Shown in pieces: positions 49,091 to 58,899 of a stretch of 64,000 nucleotides of DNA. Each line of letters begins with the position of its first letter. The stretch's first letter is position 1. The notes beneath the pieces are model-generated. The model ran no database searches, had not been told where the DNA came from, and saw nothing but the letters and a program-made list of their open reading frames with translations. Origin of the DNA: an uncultured bacterium (GTDB lineage: Bacteria; Zixibacteria; MSB-5A5; GN15; FEB-12); the NCBI GenBank assembly GCA_965372795.1, contig CBDVDR010000017.1:14796-78795 (forward strand), written 5' to 3'. The position numbers and the translations under genes were made by a program.

Positions 49091-50140
49091 TTACCTTACC
49101 TTCCGCATTGCTAAGCCAATTGGTACAGCTAAAAGCGGTGCAATTTTTTCCGGTTGGAGATATTGGAATAATTCCGGGTCGTAATCTACATTCCTGAGCG
49201 GGTTTGCAATCTCTAAAGGAACATTAAGTTTTGATTGCAGGAATTCGGGGAGATAAGGAATTAAGGCTCCACCGCCGGAAAGAACCAACCAATCAACATT
49301 CTCTACTTTAGCTTGTGATTTAAAATATGAAAAAGCCAGTTCAATGCCTGACATTAAATCATCGGTAGATGAGATTATTGTCGCTTTGAGCATATCCTGG
49401 TCTATCGAATCATTCATTTCACCTTTAATAGCTTTATTTGTCAGTTCCGGATTAAGGCGAAATTCTTTTTGAATGGCATTGTATATATCACGGGTTCCTG
49501 ATGATACGTCGCGAGTTGAATGATAAATGCCATCGACCAAATATGTAACATTGGTAACATCATGACCAATATTTACCAGAGCGGTAATTCTTGTAGGATC
49601 AATTTCATAATTATTTTCGTATGCATTAAAAATCGCTAAGGCATCATCATCTACGATTACCGGACGAAGATCGCAGTCTTCCACTAAATCCAAGACCATC
49701 TTCAAATATTCTTTTCTGGCTGCAACCAGAAGAATGTCCATCTTGTTTACATCTTCATCAGTTTTAATAATATGATAATCCAATGAAACATCATCGACAT
49801 CAAATGGTGCCCGTTGTTCGGTTTCAAACAGAATTGCCTGTTCGGCTTCGGTTCCTGTTTTTTTATCAATTGTAAAACGATCCGTTATCACACCGTGACC
49901 GGAAATTGAAATAACAACATCCTTAATTCTTGGATCAGTCTGATCAATGAGAGATTGGATGTTAAAAATGACCGCTTCACGGTCTCTGATTTCATCTGCA
50001 ACTATCGCTTCAGGAGGAAGCTCCCTGATACCGATGGCAGAAACTGAGTAACCTGACTTGGAGTGTTCAAGTTTAACGAGTTTAATGGAGTTAGCTCCAA
50101 TATCAAGTCCGACTGTGCTTTTACTTTTACCAAATGCCAT
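49091..50140 (-). CDS. pilM: Type IV pilus assembly protein PilM
   Basis: VGLDIGANSIK, LVAARK, LVNIG, LSGGGA, NPL and IGLAMR. Confidence 0.94.
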   Translation of the reverse strand: MAFGKSKSTVGLDIGANSIKLVKLEHSKSGYSVSAIGIRELPPEAIVADEIRDREAVIFNIQSLIDQTDPRIKDVVISISGHGVITDRFTIDKKTGTEAEQAILFETEQRAPFDVDDVSLDYHIIKTDEDVNKMDILLVAARKEYLKMVLDLVEDCDLRPVIVDDDALAIFNAYENNYEIDPTRITALVNIGHDVTNVTYLVDGIYHSTRDVSSGTRDIYNAIQKEFRLNPELTNKAIKGEMNDSIDQDMLKATIISSTDDLMSGIELAFSYFKSQAKVENVDWLVLSGGGALIPYLPEFLQSKLNVPLEIANPLRNVDYDPELFQYLQPEKIAPLLAVPIGLAMRKVR

Positions 50141-50369
50141 ATTTCGCTCACTACTGTAGAGTTAATATTTCAAAAATTATACTTACCAATTTTATCGGCA
50201 TATCCACTTATCAATTTACATGCCTGTACTAACTTATATCCTTTCGAATATCCTTTTATCAGGTTTTTGAGAACCTGATTGCTCAATTATTACTCTTTAT
50301 TTTATCGGAAAATAATTCAATTAATATTAGATATATTTTGACATATCCCCTAAGTCGTTATAATACAAC

Positions 50370-50400
50370 AAAAAAGCCCGCCATGCAGCGGGCTTTTTTT
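50370..50400. terminator. Intrinsic terminator (bidirectional form)
   Basis: AAAAAAGCCCGC-CATGCA-GCGGGCTTTTTT. Confidence 0.8.
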
Positions 50401-50414
50401 AGTTAATAAACCGA

Positions 50415-50978
50415 TCAATAGTAGTATGATTCAGTCGATATTTTGCCGGTAGATGGCAGTACGCTATGATCATGGATAGAGAATATGTGTTCTGAATAAG
50501 CCATAGTTCCAATCAAAATTTTACCGCCGTTTGGAGGTTCAACCAACTGGACTGATCCACTCGGTTGAAAAATTATTGCATTTGTTACGAGATTAGTTCC
50601 CAACGCTGTAAATCCGGATGGCAAAGAATCTACTCTTATTACAGAATCGCCGTGATCATAAGTGAATTGATCCAAGTTGACAATATCTTTAAAAGTTATA
50701 AAGACCAGACCTGAGGTTGCACCACCTTCGTAGGAAACTTCTCCGCCATAATAGTCATCATTACCAAAATATACACCATAAGGCGTCTTTTCAGTAATTG
50801 CAGCAGAACGGGCAACTCTTAAAGCAGAGACAACTTCTTTATTAGCCGTTCGGAATTTAATCCGATCAAAAGCATTCTGCATGCGAGGAACAGCCATGGC
50901 CGAGACAAGACCAATAATAACAACTGTTACCATCAGCTCTATCATTGTAATGCCTCGAATTGATTTTAGTTTTTTCAT
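50415..50978 (-). CDS. FimT/GspH-like minor pilin
   Basis: Prepilin site G|ITMIELMVTVVIIGLVSAMAVP; LRVARSAAI. Confidence 0.85.
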   Translation of the reverse strand: MKKLKSIRGITMIELMVTVVIIGLVSAMAVPRMQNAFDRIKFRTANKEVVSALRVARSAAITEKTPYGVYFGNDDYYGGEVSYEGGATSGLVFITFKDIVNLDQFTYDHGDSVIRVDSLPSGFTALGTNLVTNAIIFQPSGSVQLVEPPNGGKILIGTMAYSEHIFSIHDHSVLPSTGKISTESYYY

Positions 50979-50994
50979 TTCAAACCTTCCTTAT

Positions 50995-52410
50995 TCAATC
51001 AAAATTATTATACCATTTCAAATCTATAAATTTAATATCACTAAATTGTTCAATGTTCAGATATGACAATAAGCGTGAATCGAAATTCAAATTAATCGGC
51101 TCGGTTGAATAGAGTAATATTTCAGGAGCCACTAAATTGCCATTAATTGTTAAGATTCTATTAGATTTATCTTTGCCAGACATATCTCCAAAAATCATCT
51201 TTTGGGCAACTAACTGTCCATCAATTAACAGGTCGTGCTTATCTGAGTTCTGATTTATAAATTTTGAAACAAACTCTACATTAAGATGATGTTTTTCAAA
51301 ATCTTTAGATTTCTGAAGTCTGTTTAAAACCTCATTGGACCCTATAAAAATGTTACTGCCTGCAACTAATGATAGGGCGTTGATATGTCCCTGGGGACCT
51401 TTTCCGAAGGTTCGTTTACCTTTAAACATCCCGTCAGCATAGGTCAGGTTTTCAAAAATATAAATATTGCCACGGACAAATAATTGTCCAGCCCCTTTTA
51501 TTATACCGGAAAGGATCAAATCACCAGCTATGGCAACTTCCCCGTCAATAAGAATCGGATCCAGAGTTGTTCCCTTTAGGACCAAACTTCCTTCATGACT
51601 GTTAGCTATTCTATTAATACTAGTTGTATGAAGTGGTCTTGTGGATGCATCAATTAGAACCGAGGCTTTCTCACCGCCGGTGATATTACCGATTGCTGTT
51701 TTTATGACAGTAGAATAATTCTTTTCTAATATTTTCGGGAGTAATTTTGAAATTCTATTTTCTATTTGATGTTCTTCTTGTGCAGAGCAATTTGAATTTA
51801 TATGATTTACAGGTTCAAGTGAAAAAACCTGTGGAGTAATTTTATTTTGAATATCTGTAATATTTGAATGACAATTGATACAACTCGATTTCTCAGATAG
51901 AGCGACAAAAGAAAATCCTTTTGAGTCATCTATTTCCACTTTAAAGTATTCAATTAATTTGCTTATCTGGCCATTTCCGGATTTCCCATAAGAAGTAATA
52001 ATAAAATTGCAGGAGTTCTTAGTATCAGATCTTAAGATGAGAACCGAATCGACAGTTTGTTCTTCACCTACAATTACAAATTCGAATAGTTTGATTTGGT
52101 TATCATTATAAATATTTTGTTCATTCAAATATTTACGATACGACACCAGACTGCCACTGTTTTCGTTATTGTAATTATCTTTGCGGTTTGATTGTTCCAA
52201 GTATTCATTCCATAAAACTGCTTTCGTGATCTCCAGTCCGGATTCGGCAGAAAACAGAGCCTTATCAAGCTGTAATTTATGTTCATTGGAATTAGTATTG
52301 TAAACCGATGACCCCATTAGCTGAATGCCTAAAATTAACAGAATAACCATAGTTATCGAGGCAAATTTTATCAGATAGAGGCTTTCCTTTTTGTCATATC
52401 TACGTTTCAT
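50995..52410 (-). CDS. PilX-like minor pilin/assembly protein containing a CxxCH motif
   Basis: N-terminal TM followed by KALFSAESGLE (PilX N-term pattern), IITSYG, CINCH and beta-helix-like GD/GN repeats. Confidence 0.6.
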   Translation of the reverse strand: MKRRYDKKESLYLIKFASITMVILLILGIQLMGSSVYNTNSNEHKLQLDKALFSAESGLEITKAVLWNEYLEQSNRKDNYNNENSGSLVSYRKYLNEQNIYNDNQIKLFEFVIVGEEQTVDSVLILRSDTKNSCNFIITSYGKSGNGQISKLIEYFKVEIDDSKGFSFVALSEKSSCINCHSNITDIQNKITPQVFSLEPVNHINSNCSAQEEHQIENRISKLLPKILEKNYSTVIKTAIGNITGGEKASVLIDASTRPLHTTSINRIANSHEGSLVLKGTTLDPILIDGEVAIAGDLILSGIIKGAGQLFVRGNIYIFENLTYADGMFKGKRTFGKGPQGHINALSLVAGSNIFIGSNEVLNRLQKSKDFEKHHLNVEFVSKFINQNSDKHDLLIDGQLVAQKMIFGDMSGKDKSNRILTINGNLVAPEILLYSTEPINLNFDSRLLSYLNIEQFSDIKFIDLKWYNNFD

Positions 52411-52816
52411 TGATTACCTCTTTTGCTATCTGAACCGGAGTTAGAAGTTTCAGAGCAGATAATCTGGCGAGACATTCAACGTTTTTATTTTCAAAAGGAA
52501 ACACTTCAATTGTTAATTTATAGATACCCGAGCGTATATTATTTTTTTTAATTTGTCTAAATATTCTAAATTCACCAGAAACAATTTCTGATGATGATTC
52601 CTTATAATGGTTCGAATTGATCAATTTTTCCAATTCTATTCTCGCCAATTCGTTCGCTGAGTTAGATCTATGGGTAGAATGGTTGCTATTATTTAAAGCA
52701 AGGATAAGCGGCGAGATACCTGTCACCCCAACAACAATGATTGCTGCGACAATAAGCAACTCCCGGCATGAGAACCGGTAAAATCGGCTAATATTTCTTA
52801 TATAATAATTCAACAT
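52400..52816 (-). CDS. PilV-like minor pilin with a degenerate prepilin site
   Basis: FSCRELLIVAAIIVVG hydrophobic segment, ANELARIELEKL and YKLTIEV. Confidence 0.5.
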   Translation of the reverse strand: MLNYYIRNISRFYRFSCRELLIVAAIIVVGVTGISPLILALNNSNHSTHRSNSANELARIELEKLINSNHYKESSSEIVSGEFRIFRQIKKNNIRSGIYKLTIEVFPFENKNVECLARLSALKLLTPVQIAKEVINET

Positions 52817-53085
52817 AACATATCTCCAGAAAGTTATAAGCAGAAATGATGCCTTGAATGAATTAATAACAATTTTCCGATTTATCCCCCTATGTCGATA
52901 TCTGACAACTTTTTATCCATGAGGATAAAACCTGACTCAGCAGTAAAATTAGCGAACTCCGTTTGATTGGCAAAATAGTATTGGAACCTTCCCATACTAT
53001 TAAGTATTACAACAATAATATTGCTAATTTGTTAAAATGATTTAACTTAAAGTGTTCTCACAAGTTTTATTAAAAGGATAAAAAG

Positions 53086-55446
53086 ATGGCAGCCACGTTT
53101 TTACAAAGAATTCTTACAACAATTTTATTCATTCTTATTTCCACTCAATTAACATTTGCGAGCAGTTCTATATCGCTTAGTTCTGAGCCAGTTGTTAAAG
53201 AAAAGCTTGAGATACCATTAACCTCTGCAGCCAAATCATTCCTTAAAGAGAGAGATCAGGAATCAGCAATAATTTGGGTCTTTTTTACCGACAAAGGACT
53301 TTTTGACAAAGCCGGCTTTCAAAAAGCTGCCAGCGAAATCAATTTTAGCGAAAAAGTATTATGGCGAAGAGCAAAATCCGGTATCAATGAAATTCTCTTT
53401 TCTGATCTGCCGGTTAAAGAAAATTATGTAGCCGAGATTATAAATCTTGGGGCAGAACTACGAAATCGGTCGAAATGGCTTAATGCCGCAAGTTTTGAAG
53501 TACCATTTGAAAAATTAGATCAGATCGAACTATTACCTTTCGTTTTTGAAATTAAACCGGTATCGAGATACACTAAACCTGTTATAGATGAAGCCAATTA
53601 TCCCTCCGAATCAATTATAACCCAGCCATTGGGAGCTTCTTCAATAGATTATGGCTCGGCCTGGGCGCAGCTTACCCAGATTAATGTACCTCAGGTTCAT
53701 AATATGGGTCTTTCCGGTAAAGGGGTTACTTTGGCAATCCTTGATACTGGGTATAGAAAAAGTCACGATGCTTTTGCCAGTCATTATGCTCAGGGGCATG
53801 TACTGGGAGAATATGATTTTATTTTTAATGATGGAAATACTTCCAATGAAGCAGTTGATGCCTCAACTCAATGGAATCATGGCACCTCGGTTTGGTCTCT
53901 AGCTGCAGGTAATAAGCAAGGTGAAATAGTTGGACCGGCATATAATGCAAATTTCTTGTTAGCTAAAACTGAAGATGTACGAAGTGAGACTGTTATTGAA
54001 GAAGATAACTGGGCTCGTGCGGCTGAATGGGCGGATTCTGCCGGTGCTGATGTTATTACCTCCTCGCTCGGTTATTCAGACTGGTATAATTATGCTGATT
54101 ATGATGGTCAAACTGCAATAACCACTATTGCAGCCAACACAGCCGTTGATCTGGGGATTGTTGTTTGTATTTCAATGGGCAATTCTGGTCCGGCATCCGG
54201 AACATTGACTCCTCCGGCTGATGCCTTTGAAAATATATCTGTCGGAGCTGTAACTTCCACAGGAGGTTTAGCCAATTTTTCTTCACGAGGTCCAACTTTT
54301 GATGGACGGATAAAACCTGAAGTTTGTGCCCGTGGAGTTTCCGATGCTATTGCTACAGCAAGTGGCAATAATACTTATTCATCAGGTAATGGAACTTCTT
54401 ACTCAACTCCTCTCGTTGCCGGAGTAGCCTGCTTGATTCTTGAGCAACATCCAAACTACCCGCCTCAATTAGTAAGAAGAGCTTTAATGGAGAGTGCTGA
54501 TAATACCGCAACCCCGGATAATAATTTTGGCTGGGGAATTGTTGATGCGCTGGGGGCTGTCAATTGGGGAGCAAATTTCTCCGCTGATGTTACAACCGGC
54601 GAGGCTCCGATGCTGGTTCAATTTACCGATTTATCGACTATAACAGTATATTCATATCTCTGGGACTTTGGTGACGGGACAACTTCGAACGAACAAAATC
54701 CACAATATTTATATAATGATCCTGGCGTCTACCATGTTTCATTGTCGATTGAAACTGATTACGGCTTAATTTCAAATCAGCGGGAAGCATATATTATTGC
54801 AATGGGCGACACTTTGATATTTGTCAATGATTCGGCATTTGCCGGAGACCAGGCAGTGATGTCAGTCTTGATGACTAATTCGATGGTTCTTGATCGGATA
54901 ACTATTCCGTTTAGATTTCTTGATACTCCAAAGATGGAACTGGATTCAGTTTCATTTGGAGAACGAACCTCATATTTTGAATTGAAAAATTTTGGTTTTG
55001 CAGATGATGTCAACCGGAGATATGTTGTCAATCTGTATGCAAACAACGGCGGTTTGGCCGAACCGCTTCCTCCCGGAAGCGGCGAAATTGCAAAACTCTT
55101 TTTTACTCTTGATCGAAAAGAGATTGGCGGGTTGTCAACACCTGTTGATACCCTATCTGTTTTAGGTTATTACTTAAAAGTATTTTCTCAATATGCCGAA
55201 TTCACCCCAGAATTTTATTCGGGTACAATTTCAACTGTTTTTGTTATCCGGGGTGATGTTGACTACAGCTTAGATATCGACATTTCTGATCTTACATTTT
55301 TAGTGAGATATATGTTTATGCTGGGCGATGAGCCGGTGACATTCCAGACCGGGGATATTAATGGCGATCAGGTTCACTCGGTCCTGGATCTGACTTACAT
55401 GGTTGATTACATGTTTAACAATGGCGCTCCCCCGCCTACTCCATAA
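53086..55446 (+). CDS. S8 subtilisin-like serine peptidase with PKD, cohesin-like and dockerin domains
   Basis: Catalytic triad LDTG, HGT, GTSYS; PKD WDFGDG; paired dockerin repeats GDVDYSLDIDISDL and GDINGDQVHSVLDL. Confidence 0.92.
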   Translation: MAATFLQRILTTILFILISTQLTFASSSISLSSEPVVKEKLEIPLTSAAKSFLKERDQESAIIWVFFTDKGLFDKAGFQKAASEINFSEKVLWRRAKSGINEILFSDLPVKENYVAEIINLGAELRNRSKWLNAASFEVPFEKLDQIELLPFVFEIKPVSRYTKPVIDEANYPSESIITQPLGASSIDYGSAWAQLTQINVPQVHNMGLSGKGVTLAILDTGYRKSHDAFASHYAQGHVLGEYDFIFNDGNTSNEAVDASTQWNHGTSVWSLAAGNKQGEIVGPAYNANFLLAKTEDVRSETVIEEDNWARAAEWADSAGADVITSSLGYSDWYNYADYDGQTAITTIAANTAVDLGIVVCISMGNSGPASGTLTPPADAFENISVGAVTSTGGLANFSSRGPTFDGRIKPEVCARGVSDAIATASGNNTYSSGNGTSYSTPLVAGVACLILEQHPNYPPQLVRRALMESADNTATPDNNFGWGIVDALGAVNWGANFSADVTTGEAPMLVQFTDLSTITVYSYLWDFGDGTTSNEQNPQYLYNDPGVYHVSLSIETDYGLISNQREAYIIAMGDTLIFVNDSAFAGDQAVMSVLMTNSMVLDRITIPFRFLDTPKMELDSVSFGERTSYFELKNFGFADDVNRRYVVNLYANNGGLAEPLPPGSGEIAKLFFTLDRKEIGGLSTPVDTLSVLGYYLKVFSQYAEFTPEFYSGTISTVFVIRGDVDYSLDIDISDLTFLVRYMFMLGDEPVTFQTGDINGDQVHSVLDLTYMVDYMFNNGAPPPTP

Positions 55447-55472
55447 AAAAAGCCCGCTCAGATAAGCGGGCT
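55445..55472. terminator. Intrinsic terminator between convergent genes
   Basis: AAAAAAAGCCCGCT-CAGATA-AGCGGGCT. Confidence 0.7.
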
Positions 55473-55489
55473 GATTTCAGTCAATTAAT

Positions 55490-56590
55490 CTATATTGTAA
55501 ACTTACCGTTTTTATAAATAACTTTTCCATCGGCAGTAATTTGAGCTTTTTTCTTCAGATCACAAACCATGTCCCAATGGAGTCCGCTCTTATTTTTACC
55601 GCCGGCTTCCGGAATCGCAGCCCCGACCGCTAAGTGACAGGTGCCTCCGATTTTTTCATCAAACAGAATATTTTTTGAAAACTGTTTGATTTCATAATTG
55701 GTACCGATTGCAAATTCTCCCAAGAATCTTGCCCCCGGATCCATATCAAGCATCGACTTTAAGAATTCTTCATTTTTGACGGCTGATTCATTTACAACCT
55801 TGCCGTTTTTAAACTCAAGTCTAACATCCTCAACTTCGCGTCCCATATAAACGGCCGGGAATGAATAGCGGATGTACCCGTTGGCACTTTTCTCAAGCGG
55901 GCTGGTAAAGACCTCCCCATCCGGGAAATTTTCCGTACCGGCACAGTTAATCCATTTGCGTCCTTTAACCCGAAGTTTTAAATCGGTGCCTTCAGCCAAA
56001 ATATGTATCTGATCAACTTTATCCAATTTTTTGATTAACCGATCCTGTTCTTTATGAACTTTCAGCCAATGCTTAACCGGATCAGCGGAATCCACATGAC
56101 CAGCTTTATAAACGAAATCTTCATAATCAGACAACGACATATCTGCTTCCTGTGCATCTGACAAAGTAGGAAATTGAGTTCCGACCCAAGCCGCAGACTT
56201 ATTGGCAATTTTTTTGAAAAATTTATCCATCAGAGGCATTCTAACTTTACGGGACAGTGCCTGTTTTTTTGAATCCACACCGGATAAAAATCGGGTATTC
56301 TCACTTCCCCAGATATGCAGCAAGGCGTCAACCTTATCGACTTCCATTTTTTCAAATGGATAAATATACTCAAGCTGTTCTTTTGTCCCCAGCTTATACA
56401 TATTTTCTGAATTATCAGGAACAATAATCCGTGTAAAAGGATGCGCCCCAACTTTTAAGGCTTCTTCATAAGCTGCTTTGATTAAAGGCAGCGTTGAAAC
56501 TTCACCTTGAATCTTTATAAGTTGTCCTTTTTTTAATTTCAGCGAATAATGAATTAAAATTTTCGCTAACTTTTGAACGCGAGGATCCAT
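55490..56590 (-). CDS. Aminopeptidase, M29 (thermophilic metalloprotease) family
   Basis: NFPDGEVFTSP, GEFAIGTN, LFDEKIGGTCHLAVG and SGLHWDMV. Confidence 0.93.
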   Translation of the reverse strand: MDPRVQKLAKILIHYSLKLKKGQLIKIQGEVSTLPLIKAAYEEALKVGAHPFTRIIVPDNSENMYKLGTKEQLEYIYPFEKMEVDKVDALLHIWGSENTRFLSGVDSKKQALSRKVRMPLMDKFFKKIANKSAAWVGTQFPTLSDAQEADMSLSDYEDFVYKAGHVDSADPVKHWLKVHKEQDRLIKKLDKVDQIHILAEGTDLKLRVKGRKWINCAGTENFPDGEVFTSPLEKSANGYIRYSFPAVYMGREVEDVRLEFKNGKVVNESAVKNEEFLKSMLDMDPGARFLGEFAIGTNYEIKQFSKNILFDEKIGGTCHLAVGAAIPEAGGKNKSGLHWDMVCDLKKKAQITADGKVIYKNGKFTI

Positions 56591-56608
56591 GTTTATCTCT
56601 CCTATAAC

Positions 56609-57121
56609 TTAAAACTCAATGCCTTCTATTTTGAGCAATTTCTTTTTCAGTGGTAAACCGCCTCCATAACCGCCCAACCCATTTGATGCCAGCACCCGGT
56701 GGCAGGGGATTATAATCGGTAAATTATTACAAGCATTGGCTGTCCCAACAGCCCGGGATGCTTTTGGGTTGCCTATCGCTTTGGCAATCTCACCGTAGGT
56801 TTTAGTTTTTCCAAAAGGAATTTTTTTCACGTACTGTAAAGATTTTCTATAAAACGGTGAAGCATGAAGATCAATATCAACTGTGAATTTGGTTAGTCTG
56901 CCTGATAAGTATGCTTTAATCTGTTTTTCAACTTCTGTGTTATTCTTCCCGCCGGTTTTGATTTCCTTGTTCGGAAAGATTTTACTGACTTTCATTTCAA
57001 ACTCTTTTTTTCTTTCATTTGGCAATGAAATAACGGCTACTCCTTTGGAGGATGATGCCGACCTGAACTCGCCGACAGAAGTTTGAAACGAATGAATATA
57101 AACTATAGTTTTTTCTTTCAT
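56609..57121 (-). CDS. ogt: Methylated-DNA--protein-cysteine methyltransferase
   Basis: IPFGKTKTYG, RAVG, IPCHRV active site and GYGGG. Confidence 0.94.
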   Translation of the reverse strand: MKEKTIVYIHSFQTSVGEFRSASSSKGVAVISLPNERKKEFEMKVSKIFPNKEIKTGGKNNTEVEKQIKAYLSGRLTKFTVDIDLHASPFYRKSLQYVKKIPFGKTKTYGEIAKAIGNPKASRAVGTANACNNLPIIIPCHRVLASNGLGGYGGGLPLKKKLLKIEGIEF

Positions 57122-57126
57122 TTTAA

Positions 57127-57759
57127 TTATTTCAGTAAAGTTAATATTTCATTAAAGGAATCTAAAAGAAAATCCGGTTTTGATTCTATCAGTTTATCTT
57201 TTCCCCCATACGGCGAAACTATTCCGGCGACTTTCAAAGGAACGGCTTTGGCAGCATAGACATCATTGATGGTATCACCAACAACCAATGATTCTTCGGG
57301 CGAAGCATTTAATCTTTTCAAGGCCAGTTGGAACGCATCCGGCGCCGGCTTGACCCTCTTAACTTCATCTCCCCCGACAATAGCTGAGAACATATCCTGC
57401 CATTGGAACATATCAACTATGCCGTCGACATGCTTCTTAATTTTGGTTGTTGCAATCGCAAGTTTATAACCACCCTGTAGCAATCGATCAAGAACTTGAG
57501 GAACCTCATCAAGTATTGTCGTCGAAGAAACAACCGTTTCGGAAGCTTTAACCTGAAAATGATGATACAATTCTTTAACCGGAGCATCTGTAAAAACAGG
57601 ATACATCTGGGATAACGGATAGCCTATAAATGCCTTTATCTTTTCAGGCGGTTGAATTGGCTGCCCCATCTTTTCAAGTGAATAATTAACTGCTTCAACA
57701 ACCCCGTCGGATGAGTCTATTAGAGTGCCGTCCAGATCAAATATTATATTTTTAATCAT
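57127..57759 (-). CDS. HAD-superfamily hydrolase (phosphoglycolate phosphatase-like)
   Basis: FDLDGTLIDS, KPAPD and VGDTIND. Confidence 0.9.
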   Translation of the reverse strand: MIKNIIFDLDGTLIDSSDGVVEAVNYSLEKMGQPIQPPEKIKAFIGYPLSQMYPVFTDAPVKELYHHFQVKASETVVSSTTILDEVPQVLDRLLQGGYKLAIATTKIKKHVDGIVDMFQWQDMFSAIVGGDEVKRVKPAPDAFQLALKRLNASPEESLVVGDTINDVYAAKAVPLKVAGIVSPYGGKDKLIESKPDFLLDSFNEILTLLK

Positions 57760-58553
57760 TAAAGAAACTTTTCAACTTTCCCAATAAGGTTTTGTAAGGG
57801 TACAACATGTGATTTCTCAATTGTACCATAGCTCAAAGAGATTACAATTATAGAGAATTCGTCCCCTAATGTCAATTTGGATTGCCCGGTTAGACTCCAA
57901 TCCTTTTTGGTTCCCTCATAATCCGGCATACCGTTTATCACCACAATGCCATCGAGTATTTCAATTTCTTCCGAGGGCAGCCCCACTACGATACCGGTGT
58001 GGTCTCTTTTGTTTTCATCAGTATACCTGACAATATCATATCTTTCCGGCAAAGCATGGAATACCGGTTGTTCCAGGAAAAAAAGATCGGTTATGTAACT
58101 TAAACTGTTCGCTGACAATAGATCACCCTTTGTGAATATTGGAGAGACTTCATTATTCTCCTGAAAAAAATATTCGGGCATATTTCGGAGAATGAAATTA
58201 CCCGGCGCGACCGGAGCTAAAACTTGAAACATAACACCTATTAATACAAAGATTAGTGACGTTTTCTTGCTCCTTTTGACACTGTTTTGCTTATTTTTTT
58301 TTGTTTTTATTAAATCTATAAATGTGAACAGGTAAAAAACTATTGGCAGACCAAACAAGATAAATTTTACCATACCGGATAATGGAACAAAAAACGAAAC
58401 AAAAAAGAGAATAACAGCAATCAGGGTAACCAAAAAGATGAACAGCCCAAAAAAGATCTCTTTGAAGTACAAATGACCCAAGCCGGGAAACAAAAGGTTC
58501 AATAAAATTGCATATAAATTACTATTGATGTATTTATTCTTCTGCTTCACCAT
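57759..58553 (-). CDS. Membrane protein with a degenerate S26 signal-peptidase-I-like domain
   Basis: FPGLGHLY TM domain, then SPIFTKGD, ERYDIV and VVGLPSEEIEI..G.VVING; catalytic Ser and Lys appear substituted. Confidence 0.65.
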   Translation of the reverse strand: MVKQKNKYINSNLYAILLNLLFPGLGHLYFKEIFFGLFIFLVTLIAVILFFVSFFVPLSGMVKFILFGLPIVFYLFTFIDLIKTKKNKQNSVKRSKKTSLIFVLIGVMFQVLAPVAPGNFILRNMPEYFFQENNEVSPIFTKGDLLSANSLSYITDLFFLEQPVFHALPERYDIVRYTDENKRDHTGIVVGLPSEEIEILDGIVVINGMPDYEGTKKDWSLTGQSKLTLGDEFSIIVISLSYGTIEKSHVVPLQNLIGKVEKFL

Positions 58554-58899
58554 TCTAATTGTTCATTTCCTATACATTTTAGAAATTTGCTATTTCGTAG
58601 TTATTAAAGTAATCCGATAATTTTAAACAACTTAAAAGAGTTTCTTTATTTAATAATACTTGGGAAGGCATAATTTTGTTACATAAAGATTACAATTATT
58701 TCTCATAACCTTTGCGCATATATAGATTTATAGATTAACCAAGTCTATATAGGTAATATTTTTGGGAACAGAAATTGCTTTCTAAGCGTATATAATATAT
58801 ATGGATAGTATAAAATCATTACTTATAATTTAGTACTATCGCATAAGAAGTTTTTTTTATAGATTGAGCGTATAATTTTTTAAGATAATTGGAGGATTC

